Made by a program: the position numbers and the translations under genes. DNA of 64,000 bases. Source: Octopus vulgaris (taxonomy: Eukaryota). The DNA is taken from the NCBI GenBank assembly GCA_951406725.2, contig OX597814.1, positions 174,592,001 to 174,656,000 of the forward strand, read 5' to 3'. The notes below the pieces were generated by a model. It was given only the letters and a program-made list of their open reading frames with translations. It did not search any database and was not told the DNA's origin. Below are positions 37,264-49,012 of the stretch, piece after piece; the first letter of the stretch is position 1; each line of letters begins with the position of its first letter.

Positions 37264-38018
37264 TTAAGGAAATTTTGGCAAAGCAAGAACATCATTCTTG
37301 GTGCATAGATTATAAGATGATGTGAATTTTGCAGGAAGCAGCAGTTAAGTTTTGTAATTTACAAATTTTTTTTTACACTAGTATATATATATAAGTTACC
37401 ATTCATTATATACCTTTCCTTATTACACTATTGACTTGTAATTCCTAAGATAGCCATCAACCTATGTGTATGGCTCTAAAATAAAAAATTTCTAAAGAAC
37501 AGCTTCCATTCACTTCCTTTTAGGATTTCCCTTTTTTTTTTTATAGCTTTTGTCATGTATGCAATTATCAGATTGTCTTCCTGGCAGATAAAAATCTCTT
37601 AATCCTATCAGTTTCCTCTGCCTCCAAGCAATATTTTTTTTTTCTTAATTATACCACTACTGAGATACTTATGACTTGTGAAATGGGATAGTTATAAATT
37701 ACTCTTTAGCACAACTGTGTCTCATAAATATTGATTCCTTGCCTAGATTCAAAGTGTTGGACTGTGAACTAGTTCGTTATAGGTTCAAATCTTAGTATGG
37801 TTATTCTATCAGTTACATCTTGAATAAGGCCTCTATTTTTCTTATTCCAGTCTATCAGGTAATATATATGTAATCAAAATAAGCAACAAGGATATCCAAA
37901 TCCTTTTTGCTTATTTTGATTGTAATCACTCCATTTTGAATTATATGGATAATACCATGCTAAATTCTGGTGCCTTTAACTTAAGTACCATATTCAACTG
38001 AATTTAAATTTTACTGAA

Positions 38019-38055
<37 letters not shown>

Positions 38056-38529
38056 CTCCTCCTGGATGGGATGTTTAGTCTATCACTGGATTACTCTCTT
38101 TTGCCAGCTGAGTGGAGTGGTGCAACTAGAAATGTATTGTTTTGCTCCAGAACATGGTACATTACCCAGTCCAAGAATCAAAACGACATTCTTAGGATCA
38201 TAAGTGCAACAACCTAACCACTAATCCATGGACCTCCACATAAAAAAAGTAAAATAGGTGCCACTCCTATTTCAGGATAAGTTAGCTAGTATCCAACCTT
38301 GAAAACAGTTATTCCAACTACAACTAAAGAAAACCTCTGTGTTCAGAGCATCAAAAAGAAAAATGAAAAAGACACATTGGATAACATAGACTGAAACAGA
38401 AAAATATTTGGTCACAGCTAGATTCTGTGTTCACACATGCAAGATTCTACTTGGAACAAAGCAACACTGCTCCAATAGATATCCCACATTTACTGTATTT
38501 GGTACGATTTGGTTAAGTAGACATGCAAC

Positions 38530-38748
38530 AAGGCAGCGAGCATGCCAGGCGAAATGCTTAGCAGTATTTCATCTGCCGCTACGTTCTGAGTTCAAATTCC
38601 ACCGAGGTCGACTTTGCCTTTCATCCTTTCAGGGTCTATAAATTAAGTACCAGTTACACACTGGGGTCGATGTAATTGACTTAATCCGTTTGTCTGTCCT
38701 TGTTTGTCCCCTCTATGTTTAGCCCCTTGTGGGCAGTAAAGAAATAAG
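38530..38748 (+). mobile_element. Family A SINE
   Basis: Colinear with 33297-33531. Confidence 0.85.
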
Positions 38749-40356
38749 ATTGTCGATGAAATGCTTTAGAGCAGCAAATTGAAACTATCATGTTTAATAT
38801 GTGTGTACATTGGTGTGTGTGTGTGTGTGTGTGTGTAATCATCTCCACTTCCCACCCTTATTCACCACACTACACTAACTCTACATCCACCTGTAAACAC
38901 CCCCTCCACATACACACACTCTATGAAAGCATTCACTGTCTGTATCTTCTATGCTCACCTTGTAACTTGACATTTTACTGTAGCACCTCATCATTACCTT
39001 GCTTTTTATCTCCTACAGCTACGTATCTCCTTTACAGCAAGACCCTTGTGCTTGTCCCTCTATCATATGTTAGCCTTTCAACACCTGGCATAAAGCCACC
39101 CACCTCCCCTTTCCCCACCTAAATACTTCCTGTAGGACTTCTTCGCTTTCCCTATTCCGTTTTTTTTTCTGTTTTGCAATTTTCATGACAATCCCACTTG
39201 TGCACAAAAAATGCACCCAGTATATTTTGTAAAGTAGTTGGCATTAGGAAGGTCATCCAGCTCTAGGAACCATGCAAAAGATGGCATTGGAGCTTGACAC
39301 AGTCCTGCAGCTCACCAGTTCCCTGTCAAACTGGCTAACCCAGCCAATATAGAAATCAAACATTAAATGATTATAATCACCCCATTTTGAATTATATGGA
39401 TTATACCATACTAAATTCTGGTGCCTTTAACTTTAAGTACCATATTCACCTGAATCTAAATTTTACTGGACTTATATTGGTAATTAATAAGGGATTTCTC
39501 CAAATGTATACTAGTTTTGCAGTCAAAACATATGTAGGTCTATTTGAGGCTGTATTTATATATAAATGTGAATTAAAGGTAATGCTAATGCTACTTCATC
39601 GTAATCATCATCATTATTATTATTATTATTATATATGTGTATAGCTTATTTAGACCATTCCAGTGACCTGCATTTTGGGAATTTTATTCAGCATGCAACC
39701 ATTCCATCAAACAGGTACAAATTGGTAGAGACACAACAGTTTTGACATGTTTGAATGAGTGGCTACATGCAATGGAAACTCCAAAGTAACAAACCGCAGG
39801 AGATGATTTCTGTGGATTCTTTTGAGGAATTTCTGGATCTTAGATTGTAGGAAGGTAACTTCCAATGTTACTACACCATGCCTGTTTTGGGAGTTCATTC
39901 CATATGAGTTTTAATATCTATTTGTAACCTCCTCAATGAACTGATCTGTCTTTTGGCCTTGTTACAGGTGTTTAATTGAATTTCCACTATTTTTTGGAGA
40001 GAATTTGTCTGTTTTTATTTCAAGTCTCTCCTCAAAATTCTTTAGCTTTCCTAATCTTTCTGTTTAGTTTTGTGCTCACTAACTGGAGCTAGATAGTTGT
40101 GGACCTGTTATCCTTTGTTGGAGATGTAGATCTCTAGTGTTGCAGTATGGACCTCCTATAATATTAATATAGATTCAGAATAGGTGCATGTATAAGAAAT
40201 AAGTCTGTATATTCTTTGAACTTGGTTATTTATTCTATTACACAGTGTGTGTGTGTGTGTCTGTGTCTGTGTGTGTCTGTGTAATTCCTTTCATTTGTTA
40301 AAACTTATTAATTCTGTGACAATATCATATTTTATTGTTTAATGCTTAGTATTTAA

Positions 40357-40576
40357 CCCTTTCGTTACCGACCTGGCTGAAACCGGCTCTGGCTCTGAGT
40401 ACAAATGTCTTGTTTTCATCAGTTTTGAATTAAAATCTTACACCAAAACTTAGTCACAGTTTATGTTCCTAACACTAGCTTAATGGTAACTAAGTTATTT
40501 TACTAAATTCCTTGTTATATTTAAAGTAATTGAAAGAAACACACAGCATCTCAAAATAAATACAGTAATGAAAGGG
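40357..40576 (+). mobile_element. 220-bp TTAA MITE, family M2, nested in an M1 MITE
   Basis: TTAA|CCCTTTCGTTAC...GTAATGAAAGGG|TTAA; M1 sequence resumes (ACCGGCCACATCC) after the right TTAA. Confidence 0.9.
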
Positions 40577-41073
40577 TTAAACCGGCCACATCCAACCCAT
40601 ATATTCCACTTGTTTTATGCTCAAATCAGCTGAACCCTACTTCCCATCTCTTACACTTGCTCTTCAGTGTCATTCTAAAAATATACAATCATATCAAAAT
40701 CTTGAAGCTACGAAATAATACATAATTATTCAAAATGATGTGAATATATAAGCATTATATTTGACAGAGTAATCTGAATGCTAAATTGTTAAATTGTTTA
40801 AGATTCTTATTGCATGATCATTATTATTATTGATGTAATTCATTTGTGAAAGTGACCAAGATACCATAGCCACAGAAGCTAATAAGCAAAGCTATTGGAA
40901 AGAAAGTGGAATAATGGAAATTAGTCAATGATGTGACGTATTTTGAATAAGACATAATACATAGATTTCATGTGAATAATTCTGTTCTTTATTTCATAAC
41001 TCATATATTTCGTTTCTTTTTTCAGATTTGTTTGTTCATCTTTTTTTAATAAAGCTTTTTTTTTTTATTGCAG

Positions 41074-41119
41074 AGGAACCACTCAAGGATGGGAACTATC
41101 GTGGACCAGTCACCAACAG
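41074..41119 (+). CDS. SLC44A/CTL exon 2 (KEPLKDGNYRGPVTNR)
   Basis: Poly-T..TTGCAG acceptor, GTATAG donor; resembles the GP..NR N-terminal motif of CTL2/CTL4. Confidence 0.9.
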
Positions 41120-41472
41120 GTATAGCAAAATTCTGTGTAGCTTACTTTTATTTACTTAATTCTATATATTGAAAGAAAGGGGAGTGGAGAAAGAGGGAAT
41201 GTGTAATAAGTTTAATACATACGTATATTTTATATGGGTATATTTTCAAGTTCTCCTTTCTATTTATTTATTTCACATAGACACTGGTTATAGCCCTCAT
41301 CTCATTTCTAATGAGAGGTTGAGCACTTACAGTGAATAAGTACCTTGAGTAGAGAATGAAGATGAACCTTTTGAAGTTTGTGTCTATACCCCATAATTAT
41401 ATCGTTATATTTATATATGTCTTGATTAGAGGAGGAAGATGAACCTTGTGAAGTTTGTGCATCTATAACCTA

Positions 41473-41517
<45 letters not shown>

Positions 41518-41615
41518 GATTTTGCTACCAGAGCTTAATGAGCTTGGTTTTTGTAAGAAGCCTACGAAACTGTGTTGAGTACCTCTTTCTTTCATTTGTC
41601 CACTCACCCTATTAC

Positions 41616-41722
41616 ATTACCTGATGAGTCTCTTTTGCACTGAGCAATGCATCTAATGTCATTACATTGTTCCCCACCCACTAGGGAGCAGTGCAGAAGG
41701 CAGCTGAAACCATTGTTGTGAT
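41616..41722 (+). ncRNA. Degenerate type I minimal hammerhead ribozyme in a Penelope-like pLTR remnant (~41516-41770)
   Basis: Stem I AUUAC/GUGAU, CUGAUGA 41621-41627, stem II CUUUUGCACUG/CAGUGCAGAAG, GAAAC 41706-41710, loop CAUU, GUU 41715-41717, AATAAA 41724-41729; (TA)n on the left. Confidence 0.65.
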
Positions 41723-41833
41723 AAATAAAACTTCTACTTACACTCCATCTTCAATTGTTTAAAATATAACTAGTAATTCAAATATTTTTGAGATCCACCC
41801 AGCAGATGACATCTTTATTTATATACTAGTGTT

Positions 41834-42341
41834 ATCATCATCATCATCATCATCATTTAGCGTCCGCTTTCCATGCTAGCATGGGTTGGACGGTTCAACT
41901 GGGGTCTGTGATGCCAGAAGGCTGCATCAGGCCCAGTCTGATCTGGCAGTGTTTCTACGGCTGGATGCCCTTCTTAACGCCAACCACTCCGTGAGTGTAG
42001 TGGGTGCTTTTTACGTGCCACCCGCACAGGTGCCAGACAGAGCTGGCAAACGGCCAAGGACGGATGGTGCTCTTTACGTGCCACCGGCACGGGGGCCAGG
42101 CGAGGCTGGCAATGGCCACGAACGGATGGTGCTTTTTACGGGCCATCGGCACGAGGCCAGTCGGGGCGGCGCTGGCAACGGCCACGAACGGATGGTGGTG
42201 CAGACGAGTCTGGCAGACGGCCACGAACGGATGGTGCTTTTTACGTGCCACCGGCACGGGGGCCAGGCGAGGCTGGCAACGGCCACAAACGGATGGTGCT
42301 TTTTACGTGCCACTGGCACGAGGCCAGTCTGGGTGGCGCTG
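41834..42341 (-). mobile_element. 5'-truncated RTE 3' UTR copy (copy-1 subfamily) with expanded repeat array
   Basis: Closely matches 8377-8660; five core motifs plus one partial unit. Confidence 0.92.
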
Positions 42342-42479
42342 TAATGGATAATGTATAACATATAAAAAAAAATAATGTTATATTCTACATATAGTGTTAT
42401 ATTCTACATTATATATGATATAATGTATGTGTGTGTAATAACTAGACATACATTGACCTCGTAAATCACATCTTAATTC

Positions 42480-43135
42480 ATATAATCAAAGCAACTAGTC
42501 ATCAGGAGTGCTCAGCATCTGATTAGTCATCAGGTATTCCACCCCACAATTCACCTGCCTTATTAAATTTTCAGATTTTTAAAACTATTAAATTATAAAA
42601 CATGAAAAATGTAGGAGCAATTTATGTGGCGACTAGATTCACGTGAACCCCACAAGACACATCTTAGTTTGTCTAATTAGAACATTTATTCACAGTGAAT
42701 ACTCTACCACTATGTAACAATTTATTTGGAACTATGAATATACTCTTTCAAATAAATATATGCAACCACCTAAATAGATGTCTTGGTAGCTCCTCACCTA
42801 TTTAAATAGTGTAGAATGAGAAAGATTCCCATATATATATAATAACAAAATAATAAACAAAACATATGCATGTATACATACATATATGTACATACCTACA
42901 TCTATATGTATATATACATGCATATATGGGTACAGGACACAAAAAAAAACATAGAACACAATGAGAAACGAAAACATAAAAACAAAAACATGGAAATGGA
43001 CTTTTTTCAAACAACGAAAAAACAGAGTACAAGACATACAACAGCAGGGGTAACTGAAGAAGGGGAATATTGCTTGTGTTGTATGTCTTGTACTCTGTTG
43101 TTTATGTTTGTTGAGTTTATGTGCCATGTAATAAT
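42480..43135. mobile_element. Probable Penelope-like element end with inverted junction
   Basis: Perfect 23-bp inverted repeat 43021-43043/43077-43099, CTGAAGA and CTGATGA half-cores, TA-rich internal tracts; no coding remnant seen. Confidence 0.4.
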
Positions 43136-43250
43136 TATTTCACCTTTTTGACATGAGTCACTGTTAGTAACTTTTAGATTAAGCATATAGTGAGAAAAAG
43201 AAAAGAAAGGAGACGGGGTACAAAGAATTTAGAAATGCTATAGATAAAAT

Positions 43251-43286
<36 letters not shown>

Positions 43287-43469
43287 GAGTGAAACATAAC
43301 ATGCCTGAGAATCAGTTTCTGAAAGTTGTGGCTCTCAATAAGAAATAGCTCAACTGTGATGACCTGTTCAGCTTATGTCAATACAGAAAATGTATATAAA
43401 ATAATAATCACACACACCCACACCTGTACACATATAAACACACTCACATGTATATATAATATAATATAT

Positions 43470-43800
43470 ATAATGAAATTATTGTATACAGTGCTCAGGT
43501 GCACCACAACTTGTCAAACAGTGCATATAAAGCACATGCAGTAATGTACAAATGTCTGGAAAGTAAACAATACATGAGTCAGATACATGCTTGTGTGTGT
43601 ATGGAGGGGAGAAAATCAGGTGTAGTGTTGGCGAATCTCAGAAAGCATGGAAGTTTTGAAGGATGCAGTGCTCCGACAACTAACAACTGATGCCGGCAGT
43701 TTGTTCCATGCTTCAGCAACTCTCAGCGTGAAAAAATGTTTCCTAAAGTCATGGGAGCTATGCTGTTTTCTGACTTTGTAAATATGTCCACGGGTGTTCG
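43470..43800 (-). mobile_element. CR1-type LINE 3' fragment
   Basis: NTRGHIYKVRKQ..FFTLRVAEAWNKLP; same family as 5033-5457 (a 3' tip also at 34371-34415). Confidence 0.88.
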
Positions 43801-44298
43801 AGGAGAACTGAAAAACACAAACCACCCACACACATAGAAAATAGATAAATAGATTAAATGGAATATCTACAGTGAGTTAGGAGTAGGAGAAAAATTGACT
43901 GAAAAGAATTTGAGGAGAAGCCATTTTGATGACCTCTCCATATCTTGTCGATGAGAAAAGAATTGAAATGATCATGGGTAGGACTTATAAATATTTTACC
44001 TTCCTGAATAAATCTCTATATAAGCAGTCTAGCATGAATGCTTATAAATGGGAGTCTATTGTTTGTTTAGACTGGAATTTCAGGTTCCTTTGTACGTCTT
44101 TTGCTGTTGTAATTAAGCTTTGAGTTAGACCGGATCTGAGACCTATAAACATTGTTGTTCCAGTTATGATTATGTAGTTTTTCATATGTTTATTTAACGT
44201 CTGCTATAATCATAAGTAGCTGTTGTTTAGTCCTAGCTCAGCCCTTATATAACAGACCTATGATCAAATATGTTCTACCCATGACCATTCTGTCTTTT

Positions 44299-44812
44299 AA
44301 TAATAATAATGAAATTATTGTATACAGTGCTCAGGTGCACCACAACTTGTCAAAAGTGCTTATAAAGTATATGCAGTAATGTACAAATGTCTGGAAAGTA
44401 AACAGTGTATGAGTCAGATACATGCTTGCGTGTGTATGGAGAGGAGAAAATCAAGTGTAGTGTTGGTGAATCTCAGGAAGCATGGAAGTTTTGAAGGATG
44501 CAGTGCTCCAACAACTAACAACTGATGCTGGCAGTTTGTTCCATACTTCAGCAACTCTTAGCATGAAAAAATGTTTCCAAAAGTCATGGGAGCTGTGCTG
44601 TTTTCTGACTTTGTAAACATGTCCACGGGTGTTAGACAGGTGGAGTTTGAAAAGGTGCTCAGAGTTATTATTTGTAAGATGGTTAATAATTTTATGGGTG
44701 TCTGCCAAGTCAGCTGCCAGACATCGTTTCAATGTGTCCGTGCCCAGGGAAGTAAGGCGTTCAGAATATGGCAAATGCCTGATGGAGAGTATTCTCTTGG
44801 TTGCACGTCGCT
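44299..44812 (-). mobile_element. CR1-type LINE 3' fragment
   Basis: QRRATKRILSIRHLPYSERLTSLG...NTRGH...WNKLP plus (TTA)n tail. Confidence 0.9.
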
Positions 44813-45122
44813 GACCTATTACCTTGTTGCCATAAACTTGCCAAAGCATGCTTGATGTCTCTATCGCAGACTTCCTAAGTTTAACGCAAAATTTCATGTT
44901 GGCTCTTTATTCCAACTTCCTGTCCTTGACAAAATCACAAACTACAGCATACATATGATCACAAAAATACAAATTTCATGACTTTCCAAAGTAAACACAG
45001 TGATATCACTCAGTACACTGCCTCATAAAGATCACTGCTTGTTCTCACTGTATGTGCAATCATGTGCTGCCATCTATTGGCATGCTACAGAACTAGTCCA
45101 GGAACTTTTTGATACCACCTTG
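44813..45122 (-). mobile_element. Mariner-type transposon 5' fragment
   Basis: TA|CAAGGTGGTATCAAAAAGTTCCTGGACT TIR-like end and MKFCVKLRKSAIETSSMLWQVYG, typical mariner N-terminal HTH. Confidence 0.8.
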
Positions 45123-45258
45123 TACATCAGTTTTTACATGCAAACCTAGACACTATCCTGTGCCACCATAACGAAAAACATTAAGACACGCTTTCATACA
45201 AATGGTATGATATAATTAATGTATCACTAAATATTACCATTATTGTTTTATCTTTCAG

Positions 45259-45332
45259 GTCATGTACTGACATTATATGCTGCATAATTTTTATTATTTT
45301 CCTCGTGGCCTTTGCTGGTGTTTCCATTTTTG
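45259..45332 (+). CDS. SLC44A/CTL exon 3 (SCTDIICCIIFIIFLVAFAGVSIF, TM1)
   Basis: TTTCAG/GTAAGT; diagnostic R.CTD..CC motif. Confidence 0.95.
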
Positions 45333-45444
45333 GTAAGTCATGTTTAAAATAGATGCTGGAGTTGTTAGTTGCATCATCATCATCATCATCATCATTATTA
45401 TCATTATTATTATTATTATTATTATAATTATTATTATTAAAGAT

Positions 45445-48300
45445 AGAAACAGACCAATCCAGAAAAGAAGGATTTGGAAGCTAAAGAACCCTTCACATGG
45501 TCAGAGATTTAGGGACATCCTCATCAAGAAATTTGATGAGAGGGAGGAAGAGCTACAGACGTCGGACATAGAAGGTAGCTGGAAATTCCTACGGGACAGC
45601 TTGCTGAGTGCCACAGACCAAGTCTGTGGATGGTGCAAAGTTCCTTCCAGACCTAGAGTTATGTGGTGGTGGAATAGTGCAGTAGACAAAGCCATTAGTT
45701 CAAAGAAACAGGCCTGGAGGGATGGGGGTAGCAGGGAACTGTACCAAGTAGCCAAAAGGGAGGCCGGGCGGCAGGTATACATAACCAAAGATATAGCAGA
45801 AAAGAAGAAGTTTGCCAATGTCCAGCGACATGAGGACCAAAGAACTGAGGTATTTCGTATTGCTAGACAGTGTGTGAGAGAAAATAGTAATGTTACAGGA
45901 GAGAAATGTGTCCGCATGGATGATGGGGCACTTGCTTTTAATGCTGGTGAAAAGAAAGAGGCTTGGAGAAGCCATTATGAAAGACTGCTGAATGTGGAGA
46001 ATGAATGGGAGGAGGAGAGCCTGCCAAATGTTGACCCAGTAGAGGGACCAGCTATCCAAATAGACAGCTCTCTTGTAGTTAAGGCAATTAAGGATATGAA
46101 ACCAGGTAAAGCCCCCGGCCCATCAGGTATCACTACTGAGATGCTTAAAACAGCTGGTTATGTGGGCTATGGCCTAGTCACCCGTATTGTTAACCAGGTA
46201 GTTCATAATGGAGTCATACCCAATGACTGGCGTAGCAGCACCATAGTCAACTGCTACAAGGGTAAGGGTGATGCTCTAGATAGAAATAACTACAGGGGTA
46301 TTAAACTATTGGATCAGGTAATGAAGGTCACAGAGAGGATCATAACCCATCTCATTAGGGAGAGAATTTGCTTAGATGAGATGCAGTTCGGTTTTGTGCC
46401 GGGTAGAAGCACCACTGATGCTATATTCCTGGTCCGACAACTGCAGGAGAAGTACCTATCTAAAGATAAACCCCTCTACATAGCTTTTGTGGACTTGGAG
46501 AAAGCCTTTGACAGGGTTCCCCGATCCCTTATCTGGTGGTCAATGCGGAAACTGGAGATTGACGAATGGCTAATAAGGGCTGTACAGACTCTATACAGAG
46601 AGGCTGTCAGCAAGGTTAGGATTGGCAACGAATATAGTGAAGAATTCCGGGTAGAAGTAGGTGTACACCAGGGCTCAGCCCTCAGTCCCCTTTTATTCAT
46701 CATAGTCCTCCAGGCAATAACAGAGGAATTCAAAACAGGTTGCCCCTGGGAGCTCCCCTATGCTGATGACCTGGCCCTCATAGCAGAATCACTACCGGAA
46801 CTAAAAAAGAAATTTCGGGTGTGGAAACAAGGGTTAGAATCAAAGGGCCTTAGAGTAAATGTAGCGAAGACCAAAGTTATAGTATGCAGAAAGGCGAACT
46901 CAGCACACACCCCATCAGGCAGGTGGCCCTGCTCGAGCTGTAGGAAAGGTGTAGGTAGAAACTCCATAAGATGCACCCAGTGTAAGCTATGGACGCATAA
47001 GAGGTGCAGCAACATCAAAGGGAAATTAACTGATAAGATAGCTTTCATGTGCAGCAGATGCACAGGGACAATAGACACCACAAATACTCAGAAAACAGAT
47101 TCCATCACACTCCAGGGGGAAAAACTAGAAGTAGTTGATAGTTTCTGCTACCTGGGTGACCAAGTTAGTAGTGGGGGTGGATGCTCAGAGAGTGTCACCA
47201 CTAGAATACGAATAGCCTGGGCAAAGTTTAGAAAGCTCCTACCCCTACTGGCGACAAAGGGTCTCTCACTCAGAGTGAAAGGTAGATTGTATGATGCATG
47301 TGTGCGAACTTCCATGCTTCACGGCAGTGAAACATGGGCCGTGACTGCAGAGGACATGCGTAGACTTGAAAGAAATGAAGCTAGCATGATCCGCTGGATG
47401 TGTAATGTCAGTGTGAATGCACGAAAAGAGTGTAAGCACCCTGAGAGAAATGCTAGGCATAAGAAGCATCAGATGCAGTGTGCAAGTGCGATGGTATGGT
47501 CATGTACTGTGGATGGATGAGGAGAGATGTGTGAAGAAGTGCCACTCCCGAACAGTTGAAGGAATCAGGGGGAGAGGTAGACCCAGGAAGACATGGGATG
47601 AGGTAGTCAAGCATGACCTCAGAGCGTTGGGCCTCACTGAGGCAATGGCGAAGGACCGAGATCTCTGGAGATGTGCTGTGACTACTAAGACCCGGGATGC
47701 TTCCGACACCAGTTCTGCATAGCCCCTGCCCATTCAAAGTACCTTGGATCCCGGAACATCTTGCTGTGCTTGAGGAGACCTGTTGAGTCAAGTGCATGTA
47801 CATGAACATCGAACCAAATATCAATGGAAACAGTAGTTGTGATACCTGTGCCGGTGGCACATAAAAAGCACCATCCAAACGAGGCCGTTGCCAGTGCCGC
47901 CTCGACTGGCTTCTGTGCCGGTGGCACATAAAAAGCACCATCTGAACGTGACCGATGCCAACCCCGCCCGAATGGCTTCTGTGCCGGTGGCACATAAAAA
48001 GCACCATCCGAACGTGGCCGATGCCAGCACCGCCTCGACTGGCTTCTGTGCCGGTGGCACATTAAAAGCACCAACCGATCGTGGCCGATGCCAGACCCCT
48101 CTGGCACCTGTGCAGGTGGCACGTAAAAAGCACCCACTACACTCGCGAAGTGGTTGGCGTTAGGAAGGGTATCCAGCTGTAGAAACACTGCCAGATCAGA
48201 CTGGAGCCTGGAGCAGCCCCTGGCTCCCCAGACCCTGGTCGAACCGTCCAACCCGTGCTAGCGCGGAAAACGGACGTTAAACGACGATGATGATGATGAT
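45445..48300 (+). mobile_element. 5'-truncated RTE-clade LINE (copy 2, different subfamily) in intron 3
   Basis: RT ORF (YADD, PHD-type finger 46930-47061), +1 frameshift near 47424, two 9-nt deletions relative to copy 1, 3' UTR array, (GAT)n tail. Confidence 0.95.
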
Positions 48301-48676
48301 GGCAAGCTGACAGAATCATAAGCTTAGCAGTATTTCATCTGTCTTTACATTTTAAGTTCAAATGCCACTTTGCCTTTCATCCTTTCAGAGTTGATAAATT
48401 AAGTGGCTGTTGAGCACTGGGGTTGAATTAATCAATTGGCCTCCATCCCTAAAATTCCAGGCCTTATATTTAAGATGGCAAGCTGGTTGAATCTTTAGCA
48501 TACAGGACAAAATGCTTAACTGCATGTTCTGAGTTCAAATTCTGTGATGGTCAACTTTGTCTTTCATCTTTTGGAGCCGATGAAATAAGTACTAGTTGTG
48601 CACCAGGGTCATTGTAATCGACTTGTCCATTCCCCCAAATTTCAGGCCTTGTGCCTGTAATAAAAAGAATTATTAT
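48301..48676 (+). mobile_element. Two tandem degenerate family A SINEs
   Basis: GGCAAGCTG heads at 48301 and 48477, CTTTG.CTTTCATC cores, CAGGCCTT tails. Confidence 0.75.
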
Positions 48677-48933
48677 ATTTTTTCATATTGCCATTGTAAC
48701 TTGTATTAATTTCAAAAATCTTTTTAATATTTTGATTTGATGTTTTTAATATTTTGATCTGATGTTTTTCTTCAACTACAAAATATCAAGGATAGGAAAG
48801 AAATTCCTGAGGGTTGACCTTCTGAGCTACAAAGAAATTTTTGTTGGGTAGTATAAATACGACAGTAATTTAGTATTGAATTGGTGTATACAACTGTATA
48901 TGAACTAATACTTGTATGTCTTGTATCTTGTAG

Positions 48934-49012
48934 CCTATGTCAAAGGAGACTATCAGCTTATACTTTACCCTTTGGACTCTAAGAACAATTTGTGTGGATT
49001 TGGAACTAAGGA
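48934..49012 (+). CDS. SLC44A/CTL exon 4 (AYVKGDYQLILYPLDSKNNLCGFGTK)
   Basis: TTGTAG/GTAAGT; GD....YP.DS....CG motif. Confidence 0.95.

Noticed and set aside
42003-42341. CRISPR array
   Set aside because: Spacers are homologous to each other, the array is part of a LINE 3' UTR, the context is eukaryotic and no cas genes are present.
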